Shown here: positions 63,148-64,000 of the stretch, one piece after another
Layout of the letters: each line of letters opens with the position of its first letter
Numbering within the stretch: position 1 is the first letter of the stretch
Origin: Carpediemonas membranifera BICM
Taxonomy: Eukaryota; Protista; Fornicata
Assembly: GCA_019828565.1 (NCBI GenBank)
Contig: JAHDYR010000011.1
Span: forward strand, 483,314 to 547,313
Length of the DNA stretch: 64,000 nt
Direction: 5' to 3'
Position numbers and translations under genes: made by a program
The notes under the pieces: model-generated
Database searches by the model: none
Told to the model about the DNA's origin: nothing
The model's input: the letters and a program-made list of their open reading frames with translations, nothing else

Positions 63148-64000
63148 ATGGCGTCGTTTATAAGCCGTCTAGAGGAGATTCAGGATCGTTTTGACGACGA
63201 GGAGTTCGATAAGGCCATCATTATCATCGATGAGCTTCTCAAGGAGCACAAGAACGATGTTGATCTTGTTCAAATGAAGGCCTATGGCCTTGTGCAAGAG
63301 GATCGCATCCAAGAGTGCCTTTGTTTCATCAATAAGCTCCCTGCTGAGCTCAAGGCCTGTGTCCCCGAGGAATACCAATACTGCCTCTTCAGCAAGCGTG
63401 CCTTTGTCGAGCTCAACCACGTTCTCGCCTCTGTTGACGACTTGAGCGAGTTCCAGCACTACCTCTACTCCCAATCTCTCTACAAGGCAGAAAGCTTTGA
63501 TGCTGCGGCCGAGCATCTCCAGGCTGCCAAGGCACTCACTGTGCTCGACCCCGAAGACGAGGATGACGAGGAGCTCGCCAACGAAATCATCGCCAACGAG
63601 CTCGCTATCACTGTGGCCAGTGGATGCGAGCGAGAGAAATTGGAGGCGATGCGTTCCCAGATCACATCTTCGGACATGTTCGAGGTCCTCTTCAACTTCT
63701 CCACGGGCCTCCTCGACCGCGGTGACCTCCCCGCTGCGAAGAAAATGCTCCAGCACACAGAGGAGGCAGCCCGTGAGATCCTGCAGTCCCATGACATGTC
63801 CGACAGAGAGATTACCGCAGAGCTGTTCCCGATTGAGATGGCGAAGGCCGTGCTGGCCCACACTGCGCTTCTCATGGGCGCGATTGATGGTGATAAGAAG
63901 GCGTCCGACGTTGTCCAGGCTGTGGGCGAGACTTACCGCAAGGCCGTATATTACGGCGCAAGGAACGCTCATGACGTGGCCGTGGCCAACGCCAAGGTCC
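63148..64000 (+). CDS. SRP72: Signal recognition particle subunit SRP72-like TPR protein (runs off the window)
   Basis: Not in the ORF track. MASFISRLEEIQDRFDDEEFDKAI...KAYGLVQ...YQYCLF...SQSLYK...FEVLFNFS...EITAELFPI; the frame stays open to the window end. Confidence 0.7.
   Translation, partial: MASFISRLEEIQDRFDDEEFDKAIIIIDELLKEHKNDVDLVQMKAYGLVQEDRIQECLCFINKLPAELKACVPEEYQYCLFSKRAFVELNHVLASVDDLSEFQHYLYSQSLYKAESFDAAAEHLQAAKALTVLDPEDEDDEELANEIIANELAITVASGCEREKLEAMRSQITSSDMFEVLFNFSTGLLDRGDLPAAKKMLQHTEEAAREILQSHDMSDREITAELFPIEMAKAVLAHTALLMGAIDGDKKASDVVQAVGETYRKAVYYGARNAHDVAVANAKV

Overview
This is a gene-dense, GC-rich eukaryotic (protist) chromosome segment with about 35 genes, short intergenic spacers and tiny 28-44 nt GT-AG introns. 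Flagellar genes, tandem RCC1-like paralogues and the intron style suggest a free-living metamonad such as a Carpediemonas-like fornicate (inference). Most genes are housekeeping: NTF2, LARP4-like, RPS29, UGP, TyrRS, neuroguidin, glycerol kinase, copine, a Nup98-like FG protein, glyoxalase II, THADA, TFIIIC-Tau95, DnaJA, WDR33, RBM19, clathrin heavy chain, CCT2 and SRP72. An accessory block at about 39.6-49 kb holds RCC1-like genes, frameshifted genes, a serpin, a PPP phosphatase and a 7TM-RGS protein. The top finding lies between the divergent CFAP53-like and MYCBPAP-like genes (about 53.57-54.08 kb, minus strand). It is a 5'-truncated TnpB/Fanzor-like RuvC/Zn-finger fragment (VSEDCSIS-CPFC...CHNPNC...HRDKTAAQNI) overlapped and followed by about 190 nt of five consecutive stem-loops, consistent with a Fanzor remnant that kept its omega-RNA. 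Other unexplained signals are a 26-45 bp motif present three times, a 33-bp direct repeat bracketing about 0.9 kb, and a double-length TyrRS. All calls come from reading motifs by eye; no searches were run.
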